DNA of 64,000 nt, taken from NCBI GenBank assembly GCA_963768425.1, contig CAVYHV010000013.1, forward strand, positions 1-64,000, given 5' to 3'. Below the pieces are notes generated by a model that had not been told where the DNA came from, did not search any database, and worked only from the letters and a program-made list of their open reading frames with translations. A program made the position numbers and the translations under genes. Shown piece by piece: positions 35,374-44,688 of this stretch. Numbering within the stretch: the stretch's first letter is position 1; every line of letters begins with the position of its first letter. Source of the DNA: Candidatus Bathyarchaeota archaeon (GTDB taxonomy: Archaea; Thermoproteota; Bathyarchaeia; Bathyarchaeales; Bathycorpusculaceae).

Positions 35374-36171
35374 TCATCGGTTTTTTTCACTTCGCACGAA
35401 GAGATATGTTCCGATCACAAAGGACGCTATCGAAATTGCAGCGACTAACGTTAAATCGAGCAGTGGGTTGTATAGGGCTATTTGGCTGTAGAATGGTGTG
35501 CCTTGGTAGACTAGTCCTCTGAGCAAATCAACTATGTAAGTCATGGGCATGGCATGTGATAGGGCGCTTAAGATGCCGCTGGATTTGTTTATCGGTATGA
35601 ATGCGCCTGAGAGGAACATCTGGGCAAATGCGAACAGGATTACGCCTCTATCCGCATTTTTTGGGCTACTACTAAATATGCTGGCAACTAAAACGCCGAG
35701 AGTTCCGCCTGATATGCAGATAAGTGGCGCCAACACGAGGATCCAGCCGATTGCCGACAGCCCGATGGATATGCCCATAATTGGGGCGATGATGACGAAT
35801 GCGAAAAGCTGTAGTATGCTTGTGATGCTGCCTCCTACGATTTTACCGAGTATGATTGAATAACGCGATATTGGAGCTACGAAGATTTCCTGTGTGAAAT
35901 CGTTTTCTCGGTCTTCGACAAGTGATGTGACGCTCATCATAGTGTTCATGGATATTGTTGCTGCGACCATTCCTAAAAGCGCAAACTGAAGGTAGTTGTA
36001 CCCTAGACCGCCACCTAAGTTTTGCGCAATAACGCCACCCAGAATTCCCAGAAACAGAACCGGAAAGAGTAAGCTAAAAGCAAGCGAATTCTTCCAATCC
36101 TTAAAGAACCGCAATACCTCTCGGGCGGCAATAACTACAATTGCGTTTAGGTCTTTTTGAAGTGGCTTCAT
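35374..36171 (-). CDS. ABC-2 permease (DrrB-like)
   Basis: REVLRF, DRENDFTQEIFVAPISR, FLSGAFIP, PMTY. Confidence 0.9.
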   Translation of the reverse strand: MKPLQKDLNAIVVIAAREVLRFFKDWKNSLAFSLLFPVLFLGILGGVIAQNLGGGLGYNYLQFALLGMVAATISMNTMMSVTSLVEDRENDFTQEIFVAPISRYSIILGKIVGGSITSILQLFAFVIIAPIMGISIGLSAIGWILVLAPLICISGGTLGVLVASIFSSSPKNADRGVILFAFAQMFLSGAFIPINKSSGILSALSHAMPMTYIVDLLRGLVYQGTPFYSQIALYNPLLDLTLVAAISIASFVIGTYLFVRSEKNR

Positions 36172-37123
36172 CAGAACACGACCTCCTTGGTTTTATTTTC
36201 GATTAAATCCATGTAAGCTTCTTCGAGGGTCGGTGTATGGAGCTCCATGTAAGTTAGTGGCATCTTGATTTGTGCTAGAATTTGCTGTGGCGTTTGCTCT
36301 TCAAAATAGATTTTGACCTTACCGTCCACCGTAGTCTCTGACTTAAAGTTCTCAATCTGGGCATGCAGCATGCTTCGGTTTTCAGCATCTAAAACAAGGT
36401 ACTTGCCAAGTAACCGGTTTTTCATCTCGTTTGGTGTTCCCAGAAAAATAATTTGCCCATGATTAACGATGCATACTCTGTCAGCGTTTTCGGCTTCTTC
36501 GATGTAGTGAGTAGTGAGGAATATTGTGGTGTTTTGGTTTTTGGCTACTTTTCGTAAATAGATCCATAGATCTCTGCGGGAAACGGCATCTAAGCCTTGA
36601 CTTGGTTCATCTAAGAACAGCACTTTGGGCTTATTCATTAACCCGCGAATGATTTCTAGCTTACGCTTCATCCCGCCTGAGAAGGTTTTAAGGGGTTTGA
36701 ACAAGTCCTCGCGTATGCCCATAAACCCGGCCATCTCTAAAACCTGATTTTGATATTCCTTGGGCATAAGTCGAAAGAATGGCTTATAAGAATAGACGCC
36801 GTAGAGGTTTACGTGTAAACGGATATTTTCTTCAGCCGATAGGTTGAGGTCTAAGCTTGGGTTCTGGAAAATAATGCCTATGTTTTCGGCGGACGTTTTT
36901 TGCTTTAGTGTTTATGTCATAGCCTTCGATTGTTACGTTTCCGCTTGTTTTCGCCAAGGTTGTGGTCAAGATTGATATTGTCGTTGTTTTTCCTGCTCCG
37001 TTCGGTCCGAGAAATGCGAAGAATTCGCCGGGTTGCACATCGAAAGCTGATGTTGTCTACGGCTGGTTTCTCGGTTTTGCGGTAGCGTTTGGTTAGTTTT
37101 TCTACGTGTATGATTGACTGCAT
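36171..37123 (-). CDS. ABC-2 ATP-binding protein (DrrA-like), frameshifted
   Basis: [26 protein letters not shown] across three ORF pieces. Confidence 0.9.
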
Positions 37124-37142
37124 ATTTTCAGCCCTACTTTAT

Positions 37143-37216
37143 TTAACATTGTTAATGTAACTTAACGTAGTTAAATAAATACTTAACTGCGTTAAATAAT
37201 CAATTAACGTGGTTAA
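37143..37216. promoter_or_regulatory. Four tandem palindromic operators TTAAC-N3-GTTAA (putative TetR sites)
   Basis: Copies at 37143, 37162, 37183 and 37204 in the divergent ABC/TetR intergenic region. Confidence 0.82.
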
Positions 37217-37248
37217 ACATATAAACTGCCAACACCCAATCAACAGTA

Positions 37249-37923
37249 ATGAAAACAAGAAAAACCAAGACGCCACACATACAACCTGAAGCCGTCATAA
37301 AAGCCGCATTAGAAATATTAGACGCTGAAGGCCTAGAAAACGTAACCCTACGACGTATATCAGCAAAACTCAACGTGCAAGCACCAGCCCTATATTGGCA
37401 CTTCAAAGACAAATCAGACATCACCGACGACATGGCACAAGCCATACTCAAAAACTCAGGCTTAGACAGCATCACCCCGCCAGAGGACATAAAAAACTGG
37501 GACACATGGTTAGCTGAGCTAATGCATCGACTTAGAAACGCATTAATGGCTCACAAAGACGGCGGACGCGTAGTAGCAGGAGCAACATTCGGAAGAGCAT
37601 ACACACTTGAAAAAATCGTGGTTTCGACCACGAAAGTTCTCGAAAAAGCCGGATTTGATAGGCTCCACGCGAGCATAGCCACAGGTACAGCAATCGATTA
37701 CGTTTGGGGCTTTGTAATTGAAGAGCAAGCAGGAATGGCACCTCAAGCTTTCCTATCAGCCGTCGCTCAGCCTGGCGAAAATCCAGCAATCCGAAATACG
37801 TCTGAAGACGACGTGTATTTATGTTTAATAATGGAGGAATACCGCAAAACCACTCCGACCCAAATATTTGACTGGGGTTTGCAGGCAATAATGACTGGCT
37901 TGAAGTCGTCCTTAAACCGATGA
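37249..37923 (+). CDS. TetR-family regulator with TetR_C domain
   Basis: AALEILDAEGLENVTLRRISAKLNVQAPALYWHFKDK; GFVIEE; FDWGL. Confidence 0.93.
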   Translation: MKTRKTKTPHIQPEAVIKAALEILDAEGLENVTLRRISAKLNVQAPALYWHFKDKSDITDDMAQAILKNSGLDSITPPEDIKNWDTWLAELMHRLRNALMAHKDGGRVVAGATFGRAYTLEKIVVSTTKVLEKAGFDRLHASIATGTAIDYVWGFVIEEQAGMAPQAFLSAVAQPGENPAIRNTSEDDVYLCLIMEEYRKTTPTQIFDWGLQAIMTGLKSSLNR

Positions 37924-38373
37924 TGTGAATTCAAGAAAGTCGATATCTACAAATCGGGACATAGGGACTCGTAATATATAGGTGGAATAAGAATGCCAAT
38001 CTTGAGCACTTAGTTTAGGTGCCACAGAAGGCTTAACGTATAGAACTAGTTGGTCGGAAGTGAAGTTGCTTACAACGATATGAAGCCCCGCAAAACTATA
38101 TTTAGCTCCTTGAATTGCTACGAAACCTTGGCTTGAATTATTAACGAGAACTTGAAAACTTATATTCTGACCGCCACTTGGAGAAGGTAATAGATTCTGG
38201 AAGGTTACCAAAGAAGAAATATTGTCAAATTTTATGGAATATGGCTGAGAAGGAGTAATAGGGACTTTGGTGTAACCTGAGAGCGAATTGGCTGCAAAGA
38301 ATTCATAGCCAAAAAGGGCAATAACAACGATTGACACAAATAAAACAACCGTTATGATTTTTTTCTTCTGCAT
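37912..38373 (-). CDS. Membrane-anchored hypothetical protein
   Basis: N-terminal TM; similar layout to 46436-46939 (QGAKY/RGATY; LVLYV/LVISI). Confidence 0.6.
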   Translation of the reverse strand: MQKKKIITVVLFVSIVVIALFGYEFFAANSLSGYTKVPITPSQPYSIKFDNISSLVTFQNLLPSPSGGQNISFQVLVNNSSQGFVAIQGAKYSFAGLHIVVSNFTSDQLVLYVKPSVAPKLSAQDWHSYSTYILRVPMSRFVDIDFLEFTSSV

Positions 38374-38450
38374 TCAATGGGTTCCTCTATTTCCTCATTT
38401 ATGCTCTTTCTATCAATGCTGATTTAGCTTTTGCTCTCTGCGCTTTTTTC

Positions 38451-38723
38451 TCATCGCTTACCTTGGGAAAAGGTCATTGCTTTAGAAGAGGTTTTTTGAT
38501 GCAAAACTACCAAAGCAATAATTACGGCTACCAAAATTACGCTTACTATGAGGGAGTTTGTCACAGATAATGAGGGACCAGTACTGGCTTGGTCTGGAAT
38601 TGCGGTAGGAGTGGGCGTGGTTGTTATTTGAGCACTTGCAGGTTTAACTACCAGTAGACCCACACTTGAGATAGCCATTAATCCAATGAGAATCAAGAAG
38701 CAATTTTTGTTAATGCTTCTCAT
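38451..38723 (-). CDS. Minimal surface protein (signal peptide, linker, TM anchor)
   Basis: ..KPASAQ signal, TPTP linker, TM, HQKT tail. Confidence 0.6.
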   Translation of the reverse strand: MRSINKNCFLILIGLMAISSVGLLVVKPASAQITTTPTPTAIPDQASTGPSLSVTNSLIVSVILVAVIIALVVLHQKTSSKAMTFSQGKR

Positions 38724-38773
38724 ACTTTTTTGTTATCCCGTAGAGGCTATAAAAGCTTTCAGGTTAAACACTC

Positions 38774-38791
38774 TTGACTAACCTTAGTCAA
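38774..38791. repeat. Palindrome TTGACT-N6-AGTCAA, copy 1
   Basis: TTGACT AACCTT AGTCAA, 18 bp from the TATA box. Confidence 0.9.
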
Positions 38792-38828
38792 GCTTTCTCG
38801 ACCTAACCTTTAGGTACTCAGGTACCTA

Positions 38829-39956
38829 TTAGGAGGTACTGCGGTACCTCAAGTTAGCGATTTTTCGATGCCTTCTAAGAAGCAATATTGCGATGGCTAT
38901 AACTGCAACCACCACTGCAATCGTAATCAAAAAAGTTGTCAATGCCGTTGAAGACATTGAATAGATACTTACTTGCTGAGTTAGTGGATTATGATCGATA
39001 TTGTTTTCGTCAATTACGTAACTGCCTTGTCCTTTATAGTCACTCCAGTAGTTGCCGTCCCATGAAATAACATCTGTTACAGTAAACGGAGTGTTAAAGT
39101 CAGATTCTGCTTCTACTTTTACTTGACTGGTATTATTTAGGAAATTGTTCTCGGTAACTTGATTGTTTTTTCCAATGATGTCATATGGAGGCGCTATGAT
39201 AAATCGCTCTAAGTAAATACCAATAAAGTTACCCTGAATAACGTTGTTTTCCACTGAGCAGTTATTGCAGTCAGACGTAAAATCAAGACCGAAGGTGTTA
39301 TGAGAAATTATATTTGAGTGAAAATCAAACGTTGACCCAAATGACGAGCCTTCAAAATTATGTGTTATTGTATTATTATACATGTCTAAATAGCCGTTCG
39401 CACCAGCAACGCCACCGTTGTTATCCATTATAATGTTACCAGAAAGTTCTACGTGATTAGGTGGTGACTCATCGTTTTGAATATCATAATAGCTGGGGTA
39501 GCCATTAATTTGAATTCCCTGACTATTGTTGAGTATATTGCAGTTCACAATCTTGCCATCAAGCCAGTTACCGAATACGTCAATCCCTCTACTGGCATTT
39601 TCAATCGTAAAATTTGAAATGAAAAAATTACCCTCATTTAAATTAACCTCAATTAGAGATAAATTGAAATATGGATAACCTAACCCGTAACCTATCAAGT
39701 AGGTGGTATCTGGATTTTCTCCAACAAGATTAAGCGCTTTACTGATATCTATTGTCTCATTATAATAAACTCCGCTCTTAACGAAGACAGTATCTCCAGC
39801 ACTTGCATTATTAATTGCGTCTTGAATGGTTAGGTACTGGTCTGGAACAACAAGGGTTCTGGTTTGTGCTCTTGCGGTTGAAGATGGTATTAAAACTAAG
39901 GACATTGTGAATAATAGAACGAGCAACAATGCGAAACTCGTGTTCATACTGCCCAT
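38829..39956 (-). CDS. NosD/CASH beta-helix surface protein
   Basis: VPDQYLTIQDAINNASAGDTVFVKSGVY, PbH1 repeats, GNYWSDY..YVID..NIDHNPL, TM followed by RRHRKIANL. Confidence 0.88.
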   Translation of the reverse strand: MGSMNTSFALLLVLLFTMSLVLIPSSTARAQTRTLVVPDQYLTIQDAINNASAGDTVFVKSGVYYNETIDISKALNLVGENPDTTYLIGYGLGYPYFNLSLIEVNLNEGNFFISNFTIENASRGIDVFGNWLDGKIVNCNILNNSQGIQINGYPSYYDIQNDESPPNHVELSGNIIMDNNGGVAGANGYLDMYNNTITHNFEGSSFGSTFDFHSNIISHNTFGLDFTSDCNNCSVENNVIQGNFIGIYLERFIIAPPYDIIGKNNQVTENNFLNNTSQVKVEAESDFNTPFTVTDVISWDGNYWSDYKGQGSYVIDENNIDHNPLTQQVSIYSMSSTALTTFLITIAVVVAVIAIAILLLRRHRKIANLRYRSTS

Positions 39957-40006
39957 GCTTCATAATAAGAAATTAAAAGCGATAAAAGGATACTCGTCAA
40001 CACTCC

Positions 40007-40024
40007 TTGACTAAGCTAAGTCAA
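40007..40024. repeat. Palindrome TTGACT-N6-AGTCAA, copy 2
   Basis: TTGACT AAGCTA AGTCAA, 18 bp from the TATA box. Confidence 0.9.
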
Positions 40025-40047
40025 AGTTTCCTTACTGACAATGCCAT

Positions 40048-40690
40048 CTACGCTAAAGGTAATTCACCAATCCATATTGCGTCAAGCTGAAAACCTGTAA
40101 TTTCCTCATGACTTGTAACAGCCAAATAAATAGAAATGGTACCTTCATCTCCACCATTCATCCATGTTTCAGACCAAGCATCAGGTGGCAGGTCAAGATG
40201 CACCAAATCAGTTGAGTTAATTTCTTTAGTTCCGCTGAATATCTCCGCTGTCATGAAAGCATAGACTTGCGCCGATTTCGGGGCAACAGTTCCATTTGAG
40301 TAGTACAAAGTTATCTGGTTTGGCGGCAGGTTCTGTACTGAATAATCGTTTCGAAGCGTAACATTGATGACAATACAAGGCTCCCCCTTAATGACAGCTA
40401 TTTTCCCCGCTGGTTTTCCGTTTATTATTCCCATGCTAGTTCTAGTATCAAATGGGTAAGAACCAGAGCTGACGTTTGCGGAAACTACGAAGATTTTGCT
40501 AGTGTTTCCTCTAAAAGTAAGATAATAGCCTGTGGTTGGTTGGATTGGAGCAATAGAGGGCTTTACAACGCGTGAAGAAGCCGAAATGACAACCGCAATG
40601 TAAGAAAAAAAGAATCCACAAAAGACCATGATTACGATTAAAGCTGCAACCGCATATTTGTATTTCTGCCATTTACCAGATTCTTGCAAT
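40048..40690 (-). CDS. Membrane-anchored hypothetical protein (start uncertain)
   Basis: TM YAVAALIVIMVFCGFFF and GEPCIVINVTLRNDY domain; the ORF-track N-terminus (MTFSH) comes from the repeat motif. Confidence 0.6.
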
Positions 40691-40805
40691 TTACCATTTA
40701 CCCTGCTTAACCATTTTTCATAGTTGCTTTTTAGACTATCTTTTAGAACATCAAACGTACAAATCGTTGGGCAGGGACTATACACCCAACCGTGGGAAAA
40801 GGTCA

Positions 40806-41105
40806 TTATGTATTATTCTTTAAAGGGTTCTGTTTTGTTTCTTTGCTTATTAGCAGTTTTATTATGAAGCATACATTTACTACCAAAAAGAGAACGAAGA
40901 CATAGAATGGAAAGTTAGCCATTGATATTGCAATCGGAACAATAACTTGTCCTGTCTGTGCTGGTGCTAAGCCAATGGTGGTTAGAGTGTAGCCAGTTAC
41001 TACTGAACCGTTGATTTCTGAGAGCATTAGTTGGCTGGAAAGATAAAGAAGCAAACCTATCATAACATTGGCAGTGAGGATGACAGCTGTAAACCTTTTT
41101 GTCAT
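40806..41105 (-). CDS. Small membrane protein
   Basis: Two TM segments, basic tail. Confidence 0.6.
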   Translation of the reverse strand: MTKRFTAVILTANVMIGLLLYLSSQLMLSEINGSVVTGYTLTTIGLAPAQTGQVIVPIAISMANFPFYVFVLFLVVNVCFIIKLLISKETKQNPLKNNT

Positions 41106-41461
41106 GTTTAGCCTATCTCTACGCTATGCAGATTTAAGAGTTATCCACTCTGTAATAGCGAAGTTTCTAACCCTTGAATTACTCGTTAATAGCCCTAATC
41201 GTTTAAAGCATTCTGGAAACTTCAACCATTACGTTCCTTTTTTAGAATGTTTCTTTAGAGAAATTCTTTCCATAATTGATGCTTGACCATAACTGGTTGG
41301 TCCCCTAAATGCTGGGTTAGGTTTACCCCTCAAAGCTTTTACTTGTCTCTTAGCTGTTTTTATTTTCTTTTTTGATTTGTTTTGTCCTCTTCTTTTCCAT
41401 GTTTAATCTCTTTCTACGCTTTTCAGATTTAAAATTTATCTCCTTACAAATAGCGAAGTTT

Positions 41462-42826
41462 CTAACTCTTGAATTTGCTCGGTAATAGCCCAAAGCACTT
41501 AATGTAAACTTCTGGTATGCTGTGGGAAAGGGTCACTTGCTTCAAGTTAGCTGTTTTTTGATGCTTTTTATGATACACAGTAAGACTTACTCCGACAGCA
41601 ATTACTATTACAGTTACGAGAATCGCTATCACGAACTCAGAGGAAAAAGGTTCTGACTTGGCAACGGTAAAATCGATAGTTTTGGAAGCACCCATTATTC
41701 CAAAAGTGCTGTTAGCATAAACTGTAATGCTGTGTGAGCCATAAGCAATGTTTGGTATGGTTGTGTTGCCGTTGATTGTGACATTAATTTGTTCGTCAAG
41801 GCTATAGCCTACCCAATTAAACGGCTTATCTATAGAGAATGCCAAAGAAACGTTAGCATTGTCATACACCTTATTCAATGGCGACATAACTGAAACTTTA
41901 GGCGGAATTATTTCCTGCTCATAATTTGCAAGAAAAGACGAATTGACGGGTCGAATAAGCGGATAACGGTCTATATTCTGTGAATCTAGCACGTATGGGC
42001 TATCACTTATTCCTGTGTTGCCAATTTCTTTCCCCGTTTGTACTCCCCAATAGTTTCCACCAGCAGGAAAGCCACCATCCCAAACGTTTACGGAATTAGG
42101 AGTATAAGGAATTCCACCCAAATCGCCATTACTAGCCTGCGTTCCATACGGTATGTCCATGAGGTTATTGTGATAAATAGTGTTATTAGAAGCATGCCAA
42201 AACCAAATTCCGCAACTTGTAAGACCGTCTTGACTTGCGTTATCCACGATGTCATTATTAGTAATCAAGTTCTTTTGCGTATTATCAAAAAACATTCCAG
42301 TAGCATCATTCAAGATTAGATTTCCAGTTATGATGTTTGAATTTCCACCTTCGACATCAATACCATTGAATGCCTCACCGTTCAATTCCCAAAGGCTCCA
42401 TATACTGAAAATGGTGTTGTTTACAATCATAACATTTGAAGAATTGGATAACAAAATACCGTCCTCAGCCCCACCATCTTCAGGGTAGACAACATTGGAA
42501 CCAAACTGATTTCCTGTAATAACAAAACCATTTACTGTTATGTTTGAATCTGCATATAACAAAAGACCATTGGATAAGCTAAATCCGTTTCCATCAAGTA
42601 CAATGTTGCTTCTATTCACGGTTATGCTTCCGTCTATGTTACTCGTCAAATTATAGGTGTTTCCAGATGGAACTATTGGTGCTGATGTTGGAGTTATGCT
42701 TCCGTCAACGTTTATTGTGACATTGCCTTGATATTGAGCCTTAACTGGTTGAAGATAAACTACATTTGAAGCTATCAGGCATAGAAGGACTAAACTGAAT
42801 GCGATAATACCTCTACTTTTTGCCAT
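41462..42826 (-). CDS. NosD/CASH beta-helix surface protein with Ig-like domain and TM anchor
   Basis: INVDGSITP..YNLTSNI, IYHNN, GNYWG..IDRYPL, YSLD..TINGN..GSHSITVYA, TM followed by KKHQKTANL. Confidence 0.88.
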   Translation of the reverse strand: MAKSRGIIAFSLVLLCLIASNVVYLQPVKAQYQGNVTINVDGSITPTSAPIVPSGNTYNLTSNIDGSITVNRSNIVLDGNGFSLSNGLLLYADSNITVNGFVITGNQFGSNVVYPEDGGAEDGILLSNSSNVMIVNNTIFSIWSLWELNGEAFNGIDVEGGNSNIITGNLILNDATGMFFDNTQKNLITNNDIVDNASQDGLTSCGIWFWHASNNTIYHNNLMDIPYGTQASNGDLGGIPYTPNSVNVWDGGFPAGGNYWGVQTGKEIGNTGISDSPYVLDSQNIDRYPLIRPVNSSFLANYEQEIIPPKVSVMSPLNKVYDNANVSLAFSIDKPFNWVGYSLDEQINVTINGNTTIPNIAYGSHSITVYANSTFGIMGASKTIDFTVAKSEPFSSEFVIAILVTVIVIAVGVSLTVYHKKHQKTANLKQVTLSHSIPEVYIKCFGLLPSKFKS

Positions 42827-42875
42827 AATTCTACATTCAAGTTGTTTGCAATAAAAGCGTTCTTGTATACGTTTC

Positions 42876-42893
42876 TTGACTAAGCCAAGTCAA
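42876..42893. repeat. Palindrome TTGACT-N6-AGTCAA, copy 3
   Basis: TTGACT AAGCCA AGTCAA, 18 bp from the TATA box. Confidence 0.9.
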
Positions 42894-42944
42894 AGTTTCT
42901 GGACCAAACCTTGCGGTGGTCATTGCGCGATTACCGTACCACAG

Positions 42945-43550
42945 TCAAGCTTCTTGTTCTTTGTTGGATGAAGATAGGAAGTTTACGCCTATAGCTATCA
43001 TCCAAATAAGTTGTGGATAAATTATCATTCTTTCCATACCGCCCACGCCAATTCCCAAGTAGCTTGGACGTGCACCAAAATAAAGCACGAGAGCGACAAG
43101 CGATACAACACCCAATATTACGGAAAAATACTTGAAAGGACCCCTGATTATCTTGTACGAGGCAATTGCGGCTATGCTCCAAAAGACAAAAACCATGAAT
43201 GCGCCGATGGTGTGAATGACTGGGGTTCCATGAACAATAAATGAGTTTTCAGGAAAAATACCCGCTAAAAGATAGCCTAAACTTCCCAGAAAAATGGAAG
43301 CTGTGATTGCCCGACTCTTGAATTCACGGTGAATAAAATATACACTTATTAGAGCCAATAAGCTTAGCAAGATTGTCGATGGGTCCTCAATTATGGCAGA
43401 GGGTTTACCCCATACGCCTAGGTCGCTTATGTAGTTCAAAGACGTGCTGTAATTTGGATAAACCGCTTGTGCGAGTAAAATTGCTATGGTATGCTGTGCA
43501 GCGGCAATAAAAAGTAAGGCTCCAGCCAGTGTCTTGTTGCTATAATTCAT
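42945..43550 (-). CDS. DUF998-family membrane protein
   Basis: YPNYSTSLNYISDLG, GIFPE, H..GA, GGMERMI. Confidence 0.85.
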   Translation of the reverse strand: MNYSNKTLAGALLFIAAAQHTIAILLAQAVYPNYSTSLNYISDLGVWGKPSAIIEDPSTILLSLLALISVYFIHREFKSRAITASIFLGSLGYLLAGIFPENSFIVHGTPVIHTIGAFMVFVFWSIAAIASYKIIRGPFKYFSVILGVVSLVALVLYFGARPSYLGIGVGGMERMIIYPQLIWMIAIGVNFLSSSNKEQEA

Positions 43551-43620
43551 AACTCGAAGGTAAACTGCTTAATTATTTAAAGCTTGATACTGATTAAAAA
43601 AGCCTATTCGTAAAGGTTTC

Positions 43621-43638
43621 TTGACTGAGCTAAGTCAA
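43621..43638. repeat. Palindrome TTGACT-N6-AGTCAA, copy 4
   Basis: TTGACT GAGCTA AGTCAA, 18 bp from a TATA-like box. Confidence 0.9.
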
Positions 43639-43684
43639 TTTTTCTTGACCAAGAGATTGAGTGGGTACACCTTTGGGAAAAGGT

Positions 43685-44606
43685 CTATTGATTTAGTTTA
43701 GCGGTTTTTTGATGCCTTCTTCTATAAAAAACCAAGCTCAGAACTACTACTACTATGACGAATACTGCCGCACTCAAGGCAATAGCTATACTTAACGTTG
43801 GCTGGTTAGTCGGTGGAGGCAAAAAAGCCTCAGTCTTCACAAGATAGATATTGCCCGACATGGGAATATTAGACGCAAAATATCCGACTCCCAGTATAGC
43901 AAGTGCACCGTCAGAGGTTTCAATCACCGAACTTACCGTAAGAGAAGCAGGTAGGCTTGGAGCATATCCATAAGGAAGTGTATAGTTCAAATTTAATACC
44001 CATTGGGTGTTATTGTTGGAATCGGTCTTAATTATGAATCCACCTGTCCAAAAAACGAACCCATCATCGCTTGTTCTAATTTTTTCCGATTGATGAAGAA
44101 GTTCCACCCAAATTTGGTACGCTTGAATAGTTCTTGTTAGATTCAATGTTTCCTTCGGAATCCATTTTGATAACGGTTGGGTATGACTCATGAGGAGGAA
44201 GTTCATAATTACCCCAATTCCCTGAAACTTCAAGACCACCATCGCTTGTCTGCTTAATTGCCGTTCCAGCAAAGTTACCGATGGTTTTTGTCCAATTGAC
44301 ATTTCCTAAAGAGTTAACCTTGTAAACCGTTGCTGGTACAAAAGTATCTTGAAATCCCCAACCTTCGTCCATGAAGGCGTATCCACCATCACTTGTTTGA
44401 ATCAGATTGGATACAGCTTCAACACCTGAATTATTGAAATAATTACCTGTACTGTTAAAATAATTATCATAGTTTTGTTGCCAAGCAAGAGCTGGGGCTT
44501 GATTGTTTGACTGAGCTTTGACAATGGTTGGTTGAAGATTGAGTAAAGGTGTTAGAAGTAAAATAAGAATACCCATTAAAGCCAAACGTTTGTTCATTCT
44601 ACTCAA
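43685..44606 (-). CDS. Surface protein with QTSDGG beta-propeller repeats and TM anchor (frameshift near 44090)
   Basis: Repeats IQTSDGGY, KQTSDGG, RTSDDG, ETSDG with KxDxxGNxxW; tail RRRHQKTAKL. Confidence 0.8.
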
Positions 44607-44665
44607 TCTCTTCCTTAACCTGTCATGGGAACTATGCAGCGATAAAAGATTCCAGTAAAAGTTCC

Positions 44666-44683
44666 TTGACTTAGTTTAGTCAA
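44666..44683. repeat. Palindrome TTGACT-N6-AGTCAA, copy 5
   Basis: TTGACT TAGTTT AGTCAA, 17 bp from the TATA box and 5 bp from the IS end. Confidence 0.9.
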
Positions 44684-44688
44684 CGTTT

